NCBI GenBank assembly: GCA_964270895.1
Contig: OZ185435.1
DNA length: 64,000 nucleotides
Source of the DNA: Podarcis filfolensis
Lineage: Eukaryota
Direction: 5' to 3' (one strand)
Shown: piece by piece, positions 47,950-60,001 of the stretch
How positions within the stretch are numbered: position 1 is the stretch's first letter
Layout: each line of letters opens with the position of its first letter
Made by a program: the position numbers and the translations under genes
The notes under the pieces: generated by a model
The model's input: the letters and a program-made list of their open reading frames with translations, nothing else
The model's database searches: none
What the model was told of the DNA's origin: nothing

Positions 47950-50900
47950 CCTAAGACTGGCAAGTGGAAAAGAGAGGTCTGGCTCTGTTCACACTTGAGA
48001 AAACTTCCTGCCTATTTACGACAAGAAAAGCCATGACCAGACTGGAAGCAGCCTTCCTCAGTACATAAGGGCTGAAAGGCGGTTTCTCTGCACTGGTACT
48101 ATGTATAGGCTTTTCTTCCACATTTAAGCACTAGGGTTTTTGCTGAAGGTCCTTGCTTCTATGAAACCTAGAGTTGTGGCCAGTCTTGGCACATTGCCAC
48201 CTGTTGCAGTGCCATATCACCTTGCATATGCTTCAGAGTGTTTTGAAGAGAGGACGATAATGTAAGTTTTGGGGGGAAAGGTGACACACTTCTGTCTACT
48301 TAAAAAATAACCGCTCATGGCAAATTTGTCAAGCTTATAAGACTGAAACCAAGCAAGCTTTTGATCAGTAGACTCAAAGGTCAGTTTAAAGTGCATTTGC
48401 ACAAAAAGGCCTACATCTGATAGATGGAATTAGAGGAAATTCTCAAATGTCCAGCGTTATAAACTACTTACAAAAGGTTAGCTGAAACTGATGGTAATTA
48501 AGTCATCTGCATGTCTGCTTCATCATAAATGTCAGCAAGATTATGGATAAATATTATTTGATGGTTAATGTTTTATGCTGAAGCAGCAGAAAAAGCACAA
48601 AATGAGTAAATTTTAATTATTCTGATGTACTATATATAAAATCACAAATTAACTGCTCACTCATTATGAATTATTGGTACATTCCCAATCCCTGTCTGAG
48701 GAACAAGGTATTATCAACCATCCCTATTCACACATTGTATCTCATGATTGGCATGAGACAGAGAACAGTGCTGTGACTTGCTGGGTTGTCCACCAGCGTC
48801 CTCTCCTGCCAACCCTGGCCCATCCATACATTGCAAGAAACCTTTGAACAGGAGAGCCTACCCTATATGTGTATCCACCCCCTGTGATATAGAATCCAGT
48901 GAAATCAGGATTATAAATTTGGGATGCAGGAAAATTTCACTTGGCCTGCATTTTTAAGCAAATGCACCTCCCAAACTAAATAAACAGATTGAAACAAAAT
49001 TATACTTTGGATTTTGCACTTCTCCAAATTTTGCAATATCGTTCTTGGCTCAAAAAAAAAAGTGTCAAAATGCGTTAAAAAATGGGAATTTGCTTTAGGA
49101 TAAAATAGGCTTTCCAAACGCCAGTTTGGAAAATACACAACTAAATACATATTTTGATATTAAAATACATATTTATGTATTTAAATGCAGAGTTTTGGAC
49201 AGTCTTTTAAAAACTACTCAGCTTAATATGGAAACAGGATGGACTGCACCTATGAGCACACACAGGAAATGGACACAGGCTGGAAATGGACTGATCCACC
49301 CATCCCTATTCCAAATTGTGCAGGGAGCCTGCCCAGGTTTCTCCAACATATGGACAGTCTAAGTGGCGGTGGAAGGGGATGGGATGGCTGGTATGGAAGG
49401 GCTAGTGGGCACAGCCCTGCTCTTGGTCACACAAGATTGCTAACCACAGGAGAGGCAATGAGAGGACAGGTCTTATGTTATGGTTAATTGCATTTGTATC
49501 TCCATTAATTCTATTGACTTTAGGAGAAGGAAACAATTCACAGTTTAAACTACTAATACCTGTTTCTCAACATTTGGTTTGCTGATTTGTAGAGTCTGAG
49601 GTCCAGCAAGCCTGGTACCCGGGGCTGCTATAACAATGCTGGTGAGTTGTGCCATTGGAAAAGTTTTGGCTATGGTTGCTGTTTGCCCATTCACTACACG
49701 GACTGGGTGTATGGAATTCTGAGAGGAAGGTAAGGAGGTGGGTGTGAATTTTGTTGTCAGCATCACAGGCCTCTGAATAAGCTGAGGAGCAGCCAGCATA
49801 GGAGGAGGTGGGGCAGGGGCGATAGGAATGTTGTTCTGGGCAACAGGTTTAGGTCGAACCTACATAAGAGAGAGAGAAACCCATATCAGACTACATGCAT
49901 AGATAAGATATAGTATTTAACACATAACTTATGGCTGTGCCAACAAATATGACTCAGATTGCAGTAGTGTTTGTATTATATAGTGCTACACATCTGCACT
50001 GGAAAGAACTACAGTAGGCCCAAAACTTACACAATTGCAGCCTTGCATACTTTGCCAAAAAATAAATAGAAGGCGGGTGGGAGACTGGAAAAAACCATCA
50101 GAAGGGGCCACACAATCTCTCACAAAAGCCTCCAGAGCCCTCATGTGACCTTCCAAAGCCTGGAAAACAAGGCTATTTCAGCACCCAGTTTTCCTGCCAT
50201 GGAAAGAGTTTTTAAGCCCTCTGCCTTACTTATAGGACTCTCAGAAGGTTGCATGAGGGTCCAGGAAGGCCCTGCAAGGCTCCCAAGATCTTGCCCGCTC
50301 AGTGCGCTGATATCAAGATGGGTACGAATTGTTTGCAGAGCAAGGCAGTTCCAGGTTGGGTGTGTGGTTTCCTGACGTTGAATGATTTTGTCTTTGCATG
50401 TAGACCCCTGGAATGTAACCCTCACGTACATTTCAGGCCTACCACACTTTTAAAACTGCCCCAAATCTTGTTTAATTCCAGCTATGACCGTTGCATTGTG
50501 TTCGCCTTCCACAGCCTACTGTCCTCCAGAGGTTTTGAACTACGATTTTCATTCTCCTTCATAATATCCCATTGTGATTGTGGCTGAAGGGAATTGTGGT
50601 CCAAAACACTTGAAAGCTGCCAGGCTAGTGATGGCTGCACTATGCATTAACTGCTAGTGCGCAGATGTTAACCACACATTCTTGTACATTTCTACAATAC
50701 TGCCATCATTTTGTATGTTACATTTTGTATGTTCATTTTGTATCTTCACATATTCAATGTTAATCATACTTTAAAAGGATATACTGGTTTTGGAAGCACA
50801 GGTCTGGAAGCACAACTTGCAATTCTATATTCTCAAGGAATACTGAGTGTTGAGAGGAGTCTAAGCAGGTTATCAAATACAATTGCATTACCAAAATATC

Positions 50901-53900
50901 TTTGGATAGATCTGGGGGAATTCAAAGGTCTGTTAATTTGAAGTATTTCTAAAATCTAGGGTGTCTAAATTGGATACAAATGGCTATGCATTCTAATTTA
51001 TTATTAGATCAACTGTGTTGGCAGGAGTAGCTAGTTTCTGAATTACACAGCCCTCTCCTCCAATCAGGAATTACATTTTTGAGCCCATCTAACTTTCTTT
51101 GGGTTAAATGCAGGTGACTAGAGCATTGGATGGGCATAGTGCAGCAGTTAATATTTTCACGCTTTCCTCTCTTTCATAACTGGGTAATGATTGTTGACAT
51201 TACAACTAGGAATTTGAATAACAACTACATTAAAAATCAACAGTGTGGGTAGGAGAAGAGATGTAGCTTCAATGAGATGCAGATGGCATCCTCTGAGAGA
51301 GAGAGCAACTAAATTAATTCTAGTAATTTAAAATACTGCAAACAATCTATTACATAATGCCTTCATCTTTGGGTAAAAGATCAGATTTTTTTCAAAAAGT
51401 TGCAGCTCAAGTTATTTCTAGATAAAATCTGCTCCTCTTTGGAAGAAAGGAGCAGGAAGCTAGAAACTATATTAATTAGATTACAGTTACGTTTTGCTTA
51501 GCAAAAAGGCTAAGGATTCACATTAAATAGGGGCTCTTTAATCAAAGAAACTATGAAAAATATTCAGCACTCAATAACCTTATAACAAGCAAAGCATTTC
51601 TTCATCAACTCGTCTTTAATTCAGTTCTTACAGAACTAGTGCAAGGTAGAGAGCTGACAGGGAAACAAAAATATGATAGCAAAGCTGGAGATTTAATCTG
51701 GAAAGCATATTAGGTAGTGTTCAATTATTACCAAGTATACGAAACATCTGGTGTTGTACTTCTTCCAATCAAAGTCACACTTTTAAGACAAACTCCCCAC
51801 TCCTACCCCTTTTCCTGTTTTGGACAAACTCACCTGTGGAAGAAAATTTGGACGAGGTGTGAGTCTGGGAGGAGGGATGAACTGTGGCACTTTGATGGGC
51901 TGAGGAGGTGTAGCTTGAACCTGCTAACAATAAGAGTGGGGCAGGTGGGAAGGAAGACAAATTTCAAGCAAAGGGAATAGGTGTGATGAGCAACTTCAAA
52001 GCTATTCAGGCACAGCCTACCTTTCTCACAGTAAATAGATTCTTGCTCTTCAAGCCATTCTGAAATAAAATGGCATTTCATGGGCATAATGAAGCTAAGT
52101 ATCCTTTTGTTTCACCAGCATGTAAAACCCAAGACCTCTACTATTTTTAAAAATATGCCCTTATCCTCAACATTTTTGAATTCTCCTCTTTGTTTTACGA
52201 GTCAAAGCGCTACAAATAACAACAAAGAATAATCAGGTTTGGCTGCCCATTCAAATGGAGCTGCACATGATGCTTAATTGTGCTAAGGCTTCATAACTTG
52301 GGGGGGATGTTTTGAAATATTTGATAAGAGGGCATAAACAATAATATTCAAAAATGCTGGAAGGATAAGTGTTAGGTACTAGATAAATTATTTAGTACAT
52401 TAGGACTCTGGTTCTCTCTCAAATGTGTAGAACACTGTTTTCATATACAGTAATTTGCTTTGGGAATGAAATACTTTAGGGTATAAATGGATTTCGTTAC
52501 AGCCGCAGCTCTGGATCAATTCTTATTTAAACAGCAAAACTCCGTTTAAATGCCTGGCCTCCCTCACAAGGATATATTTTCCACTCAAGTTACTTTTTAC
52601 ATTTCTGCAGGCTTCAACTGCTTAGTACTTTGTGAAACTGATTATCAGAGTTACTAGTTAGTCACAAAAGCGCCCCTGAGAAAGACTGGTTCGCAGGTTG
52701 AGGAAGATGCTGGCTAGATCCCGTCATGCAGGATAATGTGTTTGTGGGTCCAGCAGCAGCCAAAAATAGACAACGTTGGTGAGCCTCATTAAAATAATTT
52801 TAATATAAGCAGTGAAGGGAACATACATTTAAAACCATAACCTACATAAGGTAAGTCCATGCATGGTCCTACATGCCTTTATTGGCAAGCAGAGCATTGT
52901 AAAAAGTTGGAGTGAAGGTGCGTTGTCAATTATCTTTCAGCACACCAAGGAAAAATATGATATGATAGTAATCATTTGTTAAAGTAGTAAATTATTTTAA
53001 AAATTGAAACCCATTAGAGCAAAAGTATTTTCTCACATTAAACAAAGTTTCTCAATACCTGTATATGCCCCAAAGGGCATGCATCTCTGTTTCAACAAGG
53101 GATTTTTTTAAAAAATGGCTCACGTCCTTAGAACATTAGGCAACAAGGACCACTTACCAATGTGACTGTATTTTTTGCCACTATTTGAACTGCCTCTGTT
53201 CCTGGACCAGTGACTTTATTTGTTGTCTGGAGGTTGACTGGCGTGTTCTGTGCATCAGTGCTAAGGACAGTTTTCTGGTTGCTATTGATGGCAGTCACCA
53301 TGGCAATTGTAGGTCTTGGACCCACAACGGAGGCAGGCATGGTTGCTGTTGCTGCTTTCAGGACAAGAGGTAGTGTCTTAGTGGTGATCATAGAAGCTGT
53401 AGTTACCGTCTTCTAAGAGAAACAAAAAACAAAAAACACTTTGGAACCTATTCATCGCAAACTGGACAGAGTTTGCTCTAGAAATTCACAAGTGAGAAAG
53501 CAGAAGCTGAAATGCAAGGGAAATGCAACTGGGAAGATTTAAAACACCGATTTCTTACCTGTCAAAGCTGTATGGAATCAGCCTACTCCTTTATAAATAC
53601 TTTCAATAAACCTTCCACATATAGACGTGCAACCACACAGGAAACACCACACCATGGCTTGCTTAATGCATTGGTGAACTGTGTGTGAAATCAATCATGT
53701 CTTGATAGTACATGCTTTGGCGCATATAATGTCCCCATGTCTCTTGTCAATTCCATGTCCCCCAAACATCAGTGTACCTATACGATGCCATAGGCAGTGT
53801 CAAATGGGATTTGTTTTGAACCAGTGTTTGTAGGCTGTGGTCAAATGGATAAGAGTTAACAGGCTAATACTGAATCCAGGTAGATGGACATTTGGTTGCT

Positions 53901-56900
53901 AGGGAATTTAGGAGAATTTGCCTAGAAATGCCCTTGACAGAGTGTTGAACTAACTGTTCAGTAGCAGACAGGAGTCTGAGAACCTTGGCCACCAACAGTT
54001 GTAATAGTGGGCACAATGTACTGGGCAGGAGCAGCAGGGTGTGTGCGCTTGTACTCGGCAAACATGGAACCAGGAACACTGAGGTGCAAAGTAGATGCAA
54101 TGTGTACTTTAGCAGAATTTTCCAAGCATTTGATATTGAATTGAGTTTTTTTGTTTTTGCTGTTGCTCTAATGTTCCTTTTTCATTATCAGATTTAATTG
54201 AATTGGTATTTTATGTAATTTTATATTGTTGAAACACCTTCAATTTCCTGTGATATTTCAAAGCTAAAGTATCAAGGCTAAAATGAGGGGCTTTCAGCAT
54301 AATCAGTAAAAGCACATCACAACTACATTTTAGCATCACTATTATGACAGTGTTTTCACTAGTTCTTATGATTTACACAACACATTCCACAACTAAAAAT
54401 AATCAGGTCTGCTAAAATCCCTTATTGAAGAACTTATTGTGGTTGTTGCACAATGTGGAAAATGCTTTGTTTATAATTATTTCAAATGAGAAAGCACATA
54501 TTTAGCTAGTTTTAAAGAAGACTAATTTGGAAAGCATTGCAGATTTCGAAGTAGACAATTCAGAGATGCATGTGTGTGTAACGTAAGTTATAACTTGGTT
54601 TTCTCTATACACATTAAAGGAATGGGTTGCAGATTCAGTGCTTTCTAAGAAACACCCTAATTGGATGCTGGCAAGGAAAGAGTAGAAGCAATTTCAATAC
54701 AGTGTCGCTAGAGGGCTCTTTAGCATTGAACATAACTTTGTACAAATGCAGAAATGACCTGGAAGTTAATCTCAAAGTGCACAGCACAGAATACAGAGAA
54801 GAACATGAGTGTCCCTTTACAGTCAAAACTCTAGATAAAAGCAGACACCAATAATTAAAAAATGACTCACAATCTACCTGAAAGATATACTTGTTAATGC
54901 ACACTTTGCTCTCTCACATTTTAAATATTATTTTGCTTCAGTTACTTTAAAAGCACATCAAGTGGAAAAGTCAGATGAGAGTCTGACAATTCTGAATTCC
55001 TAGAGCAATATCTGAAGTGGTCCTAGTCAGTAATATATATCGACTTCCAGGTGAACAATTCCCATACAAAGCAGAGCCTTGCGAACTAAAAAGTAAGTAT
55101 TCCACCAACTGTCCTGCAATTCTCTGTATAGACATGAATTGATGGTAGGATATTCATAGCAGGCCAATCCCGATCTTTCTCCTCTTCTGATGAAAGTGCA
55201 CCACCCTATGAAGCTTTCTCTCTTCCCAGCTATGATCTAGCAATGCCCATTCCATCATGTTGAATGAAACCAAGGGAGAGAAGGAAAGGAGGGGCAGCAG
55301 TTTTTTGCTTGCTTTCTGTCCTTGAACTACTTCCATTCCAGTTGGTTTTTATAAGAACTTTGTAACAACATACTAATGACCGAGTTGGCTTTCCACTTCG
55401 CCTTCCCACCAATTCCCATTCTCTTTAGTGTCACTTAGTTTAAGTTGTAAGCCCAAGGGCAAAGATTGATCTCTGTAAGCCTTTTCGGGGCCCTTTCTTC
55501 AGTTGAAGAGTGAGATAAAAGTGTATATATTAATAGCAATGATGCCCTGATATGCTGCCGTCCAAAAGGGCCAACACACTGCCTTACATGAAGTCAGACC
55601 ACTAGTGCACTTAGCTTAGCATTTGCACTAACTAGCAGTGATTTTTCAAGCAATCCAGTTAGTAGTCTCTCCTGATCCTAACTTGGAGATGCCAGAGATT
55701 TCCAGGCAGGAGTCTTTCCCAACCGTAACTTGGAAATGCCACAGGTTGACTCTGGAACTTTGTGTATGTAAAGCATCACTGCTACTGAGCTGTGGCTCCC
55801 CAGACGAAGTTTCCAAGAACAGAACTAAATGAAATAAATGCCAAAAACAAATGCCTCATGTCAAGCTCCTCCTTTGTAACATCTTGTGCATGTGTCCAGA
55901 TGTCATCACCCTGTGCACTTCCTTGCTTCTGCTCCATATATTTTGCTGCTGATAGGGAAACACAGTGTCATGGCATGTTACTGATGGGAAAGGGTTTTCT
56001 TTAACAAGGGGCCACCATTTCCAGTAAGATTTCCCAGTCTCTAGAGTATAGTCTCTATCATGCTGAGAACAGAAAGAGGAATAGTTGTTCCCTGTTGAGA
56101 TGAGAGTTTACTCTCCTCTGCCTCATTATAAGCCATATATCAGAAGCTAGATTGCCAAATGTCTACACACAAATAACTTACTTTTTGCTAATTCAAGCAA
56201 CTAGCTTTCTAAACTGACTATGTGATTCAAGCTTACTGAAATTGCAGCAAATGCCCTCAGCAATTATAGATGCAGCTACATTAATCTCTGTTATTGTATT
56301 TGTGGGGAGAAGACAGTGGGGGGCAGTTTATGTGGATCCTTTCTATGTGTTTCTTTGTTTATAGCCTGTTTGGTTTTATATTATTATTTCTGGTATTCTG
56401 TTTCATGCTGCTGAAACATATTGAACTAAGATCTCTGGACACTTGTAGTTCCCTAGTTAACAACTTCTGAAGGCAATCATTTCCACAAAAAGAGAAAACT
56501 CAAGACAATTCCACATTATTTTCCATTTCCTTACAGATAATGCTGCAAGGTGGACTGTATTCTGATCCAGTTCTTAAAGCAAGAGTGTATACTTAGAGTA
56601 GTTAGCACAGATTAGCTGTGCCTTAACTGTTAAAGACAACCTGGTTAACCTGATGTGCAGTGTTGCACATCAGTTCATCATGAGGGTCCTAAAAAAACCA
56701 TAAAAAACTAAAGCATGCAAGATTCATATAATACTGTTACTTCAAAATCCAGCAATTGACTTAGCTTTCTGAGGAAGCAGGGAGTGATCCATGCTTAGAC
56801 TCAAGTTCATAAAGTGCTCTTGTTTCACTTAAATGCTACTGATAGCTTTGTAGCACAATCTTACACATGTTGATTCAGAATTGAGCCTTACTGAATTCAA

Positions 56901-57216
56901 TATGACTTACTCTCTAGCAAGTGTGCACTGGATTATGATAGGTTAACTCTGATTTTGTGTTCTCTTCTTTATACAGTGATACATTTCATTCTAAGAAAGG
57001 AATACATTTTGAAAATTAGTGTAACACCTTCAACCACTTTACCTGTGATCCAAGCAGGTTTGGAGAGGCTGCAGTAGTTTGCTGCTGCTGTAGCTGTAGT
57101 GGCTGTGGAGTTTGTATTTTATTTTCTGACTGTGCCAATGGTTGTATTTGAAACTTACTGTCCGGCTGTTCCTGCTTTACCATCAAATTCTTCCGCAGCT
57201 GTTCAACCACTCTTTT
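29506..57216 (-). CDS. PHF21A: PHD finger protein 21A (BHC80), 3' part of CDS; 622 aa in window with the AT-hook exon, 575 aa with the microexon; 5' exons lie beyond 64000
   Basis: Exons read KRVVEQLRK..., [19 protein letters not shown]..., [27 protein letters not shown]-hook, PHD finger [11 protein letters not shown]...WICPKC, C-terminal coiled coil; all phases match. Confidence 0.97.
30221..30324 (-). CDS. PHF21A: PHF21A exon ([12 protein letters not shown]...LSNSIT)
   Basis: cacag acceptor, donor ACA|GTAAGT, coiled coil. Confidence 0.95.
30601..30676 (-). CDS. PHF21A: PHF21A exon ([25 protein letters not shown])
   Basis: ttcag acceptor, donor G|GTAAGA. Confidence 0.95.
32128..32384. mobile_element. 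Tc2-like MITE, family A copy 2
   Basis: Ends CCATATTTTTCGCTCTATAAGA / TCTTATAGAGCAAAAAATACGG, TA flanks, subterminal blocks shared with 4636-4924. Confidence 0.85.
32662..32817 (-). CDS. PHF21A: PHF21A PHD-finger exon ([52 protein letters not shown])
   Basis: C4HC3 pattern, tatag acceptor, donor CAG|GTATTG. Confidence 0.97.
33170..33490 (+). mobile_element. Degraded L2 LINE reverse-transcriptase fragment
   Basis: HHSDDTQL (YADDTQL-like) ... [14 protein letters not shown] motif. Confidence 0.7.
35915..36051. mobile_element. Palindromic hAT-like MITE (related copies ~4387-4512, ~10568-10700, ~13768-13913, ~50505-50625, ~61330-61450)
   Basis: CAGGGG start, fold-back interior, 8-bp flanks CCCTAGAA/CCCTAGAG (7/8 identical). 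Confidence 0.7.
38016..38179 (-). CDS. PHF21A: PHF21A alternative AT-hook exon ([20 protein letters not shown]...PSSTD)
   Basis: tgtag acceptor, donor GAC|GTAAGT, 164 nt, phase 1 to 0. Confidence 0.95.
38232..38254 (-). CDS. PHF21A: PHF21A 23-nt alternative (neuronal-type) microexon, ANEEHWPK
   Basis: ctag acceptor, donor AAG|GTATGT, phase 1 to 0; peptide matches my recollection of the mammalian PHF21A alternative isoform. Confidence 0.9.
39338..39385. repeat. (AAT)16 microsatellite
   Basis: Direct reading. Confidence 0.95.
41181..41241 (-). CDS. PHF21A: PHF21A exon ([20 protein letters not shown])
   Basis: AAG acceptor, donor G|GTAGGT, 61 nt, ends in phase 1. Confidence 0.95.
41299..41343. 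repeat. (AC)22 microsatellite
   Basis: Direct reading. Confidence 0.95.
41805..41884 (-). CDS. PHF21A: PHF21A exon ([27 protein letters not shown])
   Basis: AAG acceptor, donor GAG|GTAAAA, 80 nt. Confidence 0.94.
43103..43195. repeat. Short palindromic squamate interspersed repeat (related copy ~56860-56935)
   Basis: gcagctcaatcc...ttacttggaagtaag...agattgcagcc fold-back pattern. Confidence 0.4.
43212..43263 (-). CDS. PHF21A: PHF21A exon ([17 protein letters not shown])
   Basis: tacag acceptor, donor G|GTAAGA, 52 nt. Confidence 0.95.
44606..45202. mobile_element. Tc2-like MITE, family A copy 3, with expanded GC-rich hairpin array
   Basis: Ends CCGTATTTTTCGTCCTATAG / CTATGGGGCGAAAAATACAG, TA flanks, same subterminal sequence as 4636-4924. 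Confidence 0.88.
46096..46139. repeat. (GT)22 microsatellite
   Basis: Direct reading. Confidence 0.95.
46817..46915 (-). CDS. PHF21A: PHF21A exon ([11 protein letters not shown]...KPKREENPQ)
   Basis: ttcag acceptor, donor CAG|GTACTA, 33 codons. Confidence 0.93.
47916..47948. repeat. (TG)16 microsatellite
   Basis: Direct reading. Confidence 0.95.
49560..49859 (-). CDS. PHF21A: PHF21A exon ([10 protein letters not shown]...KPNVEKQ)
   Basis: tgtag acceptor, donor CAG|GTATTA, 100 codons. Confidence 0.95.
51834..51923 (-). CDS. PHF21A: PHF21A exon ([30 protein letters not shown])
   Basis: TAGCAG tandem acceptor, donor CAG|GTGAGT, 30 codons. Confidence 0.95.
53158..53412 (-). CDS. PHF21A: PHF21A exon ([12 protein letters not shown]...KNTVTL)
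   Basis: cttag acceptor, donor TTG|GTAAGT, 85 codons. Confidence 0.95.
55690..55800 (-). mobile_element. Degraded tRNA-derived SINE (Squam3-like) 5' part
   Basis: ggttgactctggaactttgtgtatgtaaagcatcactgctactgagctgtggctccc resembles the reverse of a tRNA-Ala-like SINE head. Confidence 0.5.
57043..57216 (-). CDS. PHF21A: PHF21A exon (KRVVEQLRK...NLLGSQ)
   Basis: atag acceptor, donor CAG|GTAAAG, 58 codons. Confidence 0.94.
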
Positions 57217-59922
57217 CTATCATGGAAACAGACACAAAAATACAAGGCATTACATTATTTAACTTGCAAAACACTATATACACTTGTTTATAATTTATAG
57301 TGTATAAATCCATTTACTGTTGGGCTTTCAAAGGATTAATATAGGTGGTCCAGGCCAACTGCATCGGCACTATCCCTTATGTGTGATACAGTAGCTGTTA
57401 CAATGAAAGTGTAACTGACAGGCAGCAGTGGCAGAATAGACATGTACTTCAAACAAGATGTAATTTAGCAATTAACTATGGCACTACAGTTACACATATC
57501 TGTAGGATCATCGAGCTCTCTCAACCTATTGGGTGCTACTTAATGAACTCCTCAGTATGCATTCCGAGTATTCAAGAGGGATCCTAAAAGTATGGTCATG
57601 TTTCAGATCAAGGAAATAAATGAAAAAAATATACTGGTTCATTAGGCCAAAGTGCTACCAGTTACTTTCCCCCACTTACAGAAGGCGTCTCAAGATGGAT
57701 TAACAAATACTGGCAACTTTAAAAACTCTTTTAAAAAAATTAAGCACTGCACACATCCATTAGAGAACTCATTTTTTCCCAAATGGCTGAATGCAGAAAC
57801 CATCAAATATGATAAGCAATAATAATACAGCCCTCAAACCAGAAGTTACGTGCACTTAAACTGAAATCCCCCCATGCACTATTGTTCCTACACAGTTCAT
57901 CCTAGAATCTGTGGTACAGCCAGGGCGTTCACAGTTCAAGCAACCTGCCTGGTTTTCAATCCTGCACAAAACCTATCAGGCTAATTTCATGCAGGCAGTA
58001 AGGAGGGGAAAATGAGAGATAGGGCGGAGAAAGGAATGAGTGTGTCCTACCCACATTTGGCTTCATCCCCACCCACTGCTAGCATGAGGTCCCTGAAAGA
58101 TTGTATGTAAGAGAATGGAGCACTCTCAAGCAAAAAAATGTTTCCACACTCTTGTCTTAAAAGTAGTTCAGTGTTTCATACAGCAATAACCCTGAACTCT
58201 TAAGAGTACCCAATTCCCTACAAATTTTAACTCCGTATGTTTTCTGCTACAGCAGAATCTGTTTCAGGTTCTTTGGATTTCTCTCCCCCCCCCCATCCCC
58301 TTTGGTGGCCATTGGCCAGCTCTTAAAACTGCTCAGCCATTGCCTTCTCAGTCCATTCTTTTATCAAGTTCTCCCACCCCACCCCCGCCGCCACCACTTT
58401 ACAGTAGTGTACATTCCAGACTTCTGTCATCTGTTCTAGAACTCTATGGCTCCTGACCTATCTAGGTGACATTTCTAGGCACTTGGGTCCTTTGAAATGA
58501 CTGCTTATCTCAGACATGCAAATAAGGTAATTCAGTCACTAGCTAACTTTAGAACCCCACCAACCCACATTTACTTATGCTGGCCATTTGTGGCTCAGTG
58601 GTGGCCTGAAAGTATGTTATTTTCCTTGCCCGGCTACCTATGGGTGATTCTTATCAGGTGCTGCAACCTCCCACAGTTGGTCTTTGCCCCCAAAAGGCGC
58701 ACTCTTCCATTGTCTCCCAAGACAGGTGGATGTCAGTGCCTTGTCTGGCTACCTATACATGATTCTTATCAGGCAACCAAGCAAGTGGCTATTTAAAAGA
58801 CTGGTTTGTAGTTTATCAAACCACGTTGCACTATCTGAATTTATTAGACTACTTTACCTGAAAACTTACACATGAAAATGAAATATAGGCAGCTGACATC
58901 AAGCAAAGAAATCTGCTCCATATCTGAGTTTATATGTGCATTCAACCATTGGTCAGTCATTTAAGGTTGCTTTCTGAAACATCAAGTCTGTTATCAAGCT
59001 ATTTAAAATGCTATGTCAGCAAGCAGAGACAGGAACAAAAGGAACATTTCCAGAAAGCAGAGAAATGTAGAGGAAGTAATAGAACAGAAACCAGTTACAC
59101 CTGCCAAACAATGACTCCACCTATTAACATCACAGAGACTACATTACTGTGTCGAACAAGATCAGACAGCCTCTTTTTTATTTTCTATAGCTATATTTAT
59201 GAAGTTCGGGGATAAGGGTGATTTTCTATCAGTTCCCTAGTTCAAGGAAGCCAGCAGCAGAGAGCTAGCATTCATTTGCTCCGTGTCCTTTATCACAAAA
59301 CAAAAACAGCAGGGAAAGAAGGGGAAGCTAAGCTCGCATAACTCAAGCGCCAAGCTGCAATCATAAGTGAGAACCAATCGGAACAGGAATTTGGTTGAGT
59401 AGGAGTCAAGTGAGTCATATCACATTCACAACTCTTCCTCCCCCAGGCCCTGAAACAAAGCCCAGGAAAGCTGTGGAGGAAAATAGGAATGAAACACCTG
59501 AAAACTTTCATTAGTTTTACAGAACTAAAGACTTGCCTACTAGCATGAAGAGCAGACAAAATGAGGGAGAAAAGTTGTTTCTCTGCTCATTTATAAAGAG
59601 TGAAAAGTTGTCATGCAGGGACACTTCCTGTCCCCTCCCCTAACTTATTACAAGACAGTTCCTTTGTTCAGTTTAAAGGAGGCATCTTCAACCTTTTCAG
59701 GCCCAGGACTCACTTTTAACCCAAACATGCATTTGGGGGTCTATTTCTCAATTTTTTACCGTATATTTGCATGGTGGTAGCGCTCCTGTTGTGACTTACC
59801 TTGGATCAGGCCACACTCCACTACACTGGTGGCCAGTGCCTTAAAGGGACTGCCTGTGTTTTATGTTTTAGAATTGCAAAACTAAACACTAATAAGAAGT
59901 GTAGATATTTTATAAGCAAACA

Positions 59923-60001
59923 TGGTAGCCAGCCAAATACCCTTCAAAGCTTAAAAACTAGGAACTGGTAGCCAGCCAAATACCCTTCAAAGCTTAAAAA
60001 C
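59923..60001. repeat. Perfect 36-bp direct duplication separated by 7 bp
   Basis: TGGTAGCCAGCCAAATACCCTTCAAAGCTTAAAAAC at 59923-59958 and 59966-60001. Confidence 0.92.

Noticed and set aside
55690-55800. tRNA gene
   Set aside because: Too degraded for a cloverleaf; better explained as a SINE head
59791-59803. Perfect minus-strand donor AAG|GTAAGT as a cryptic PHF21A exon
   Set aside because: No convincing acceptor or coding similarity upstream; appears to sit in repeat-like sequence
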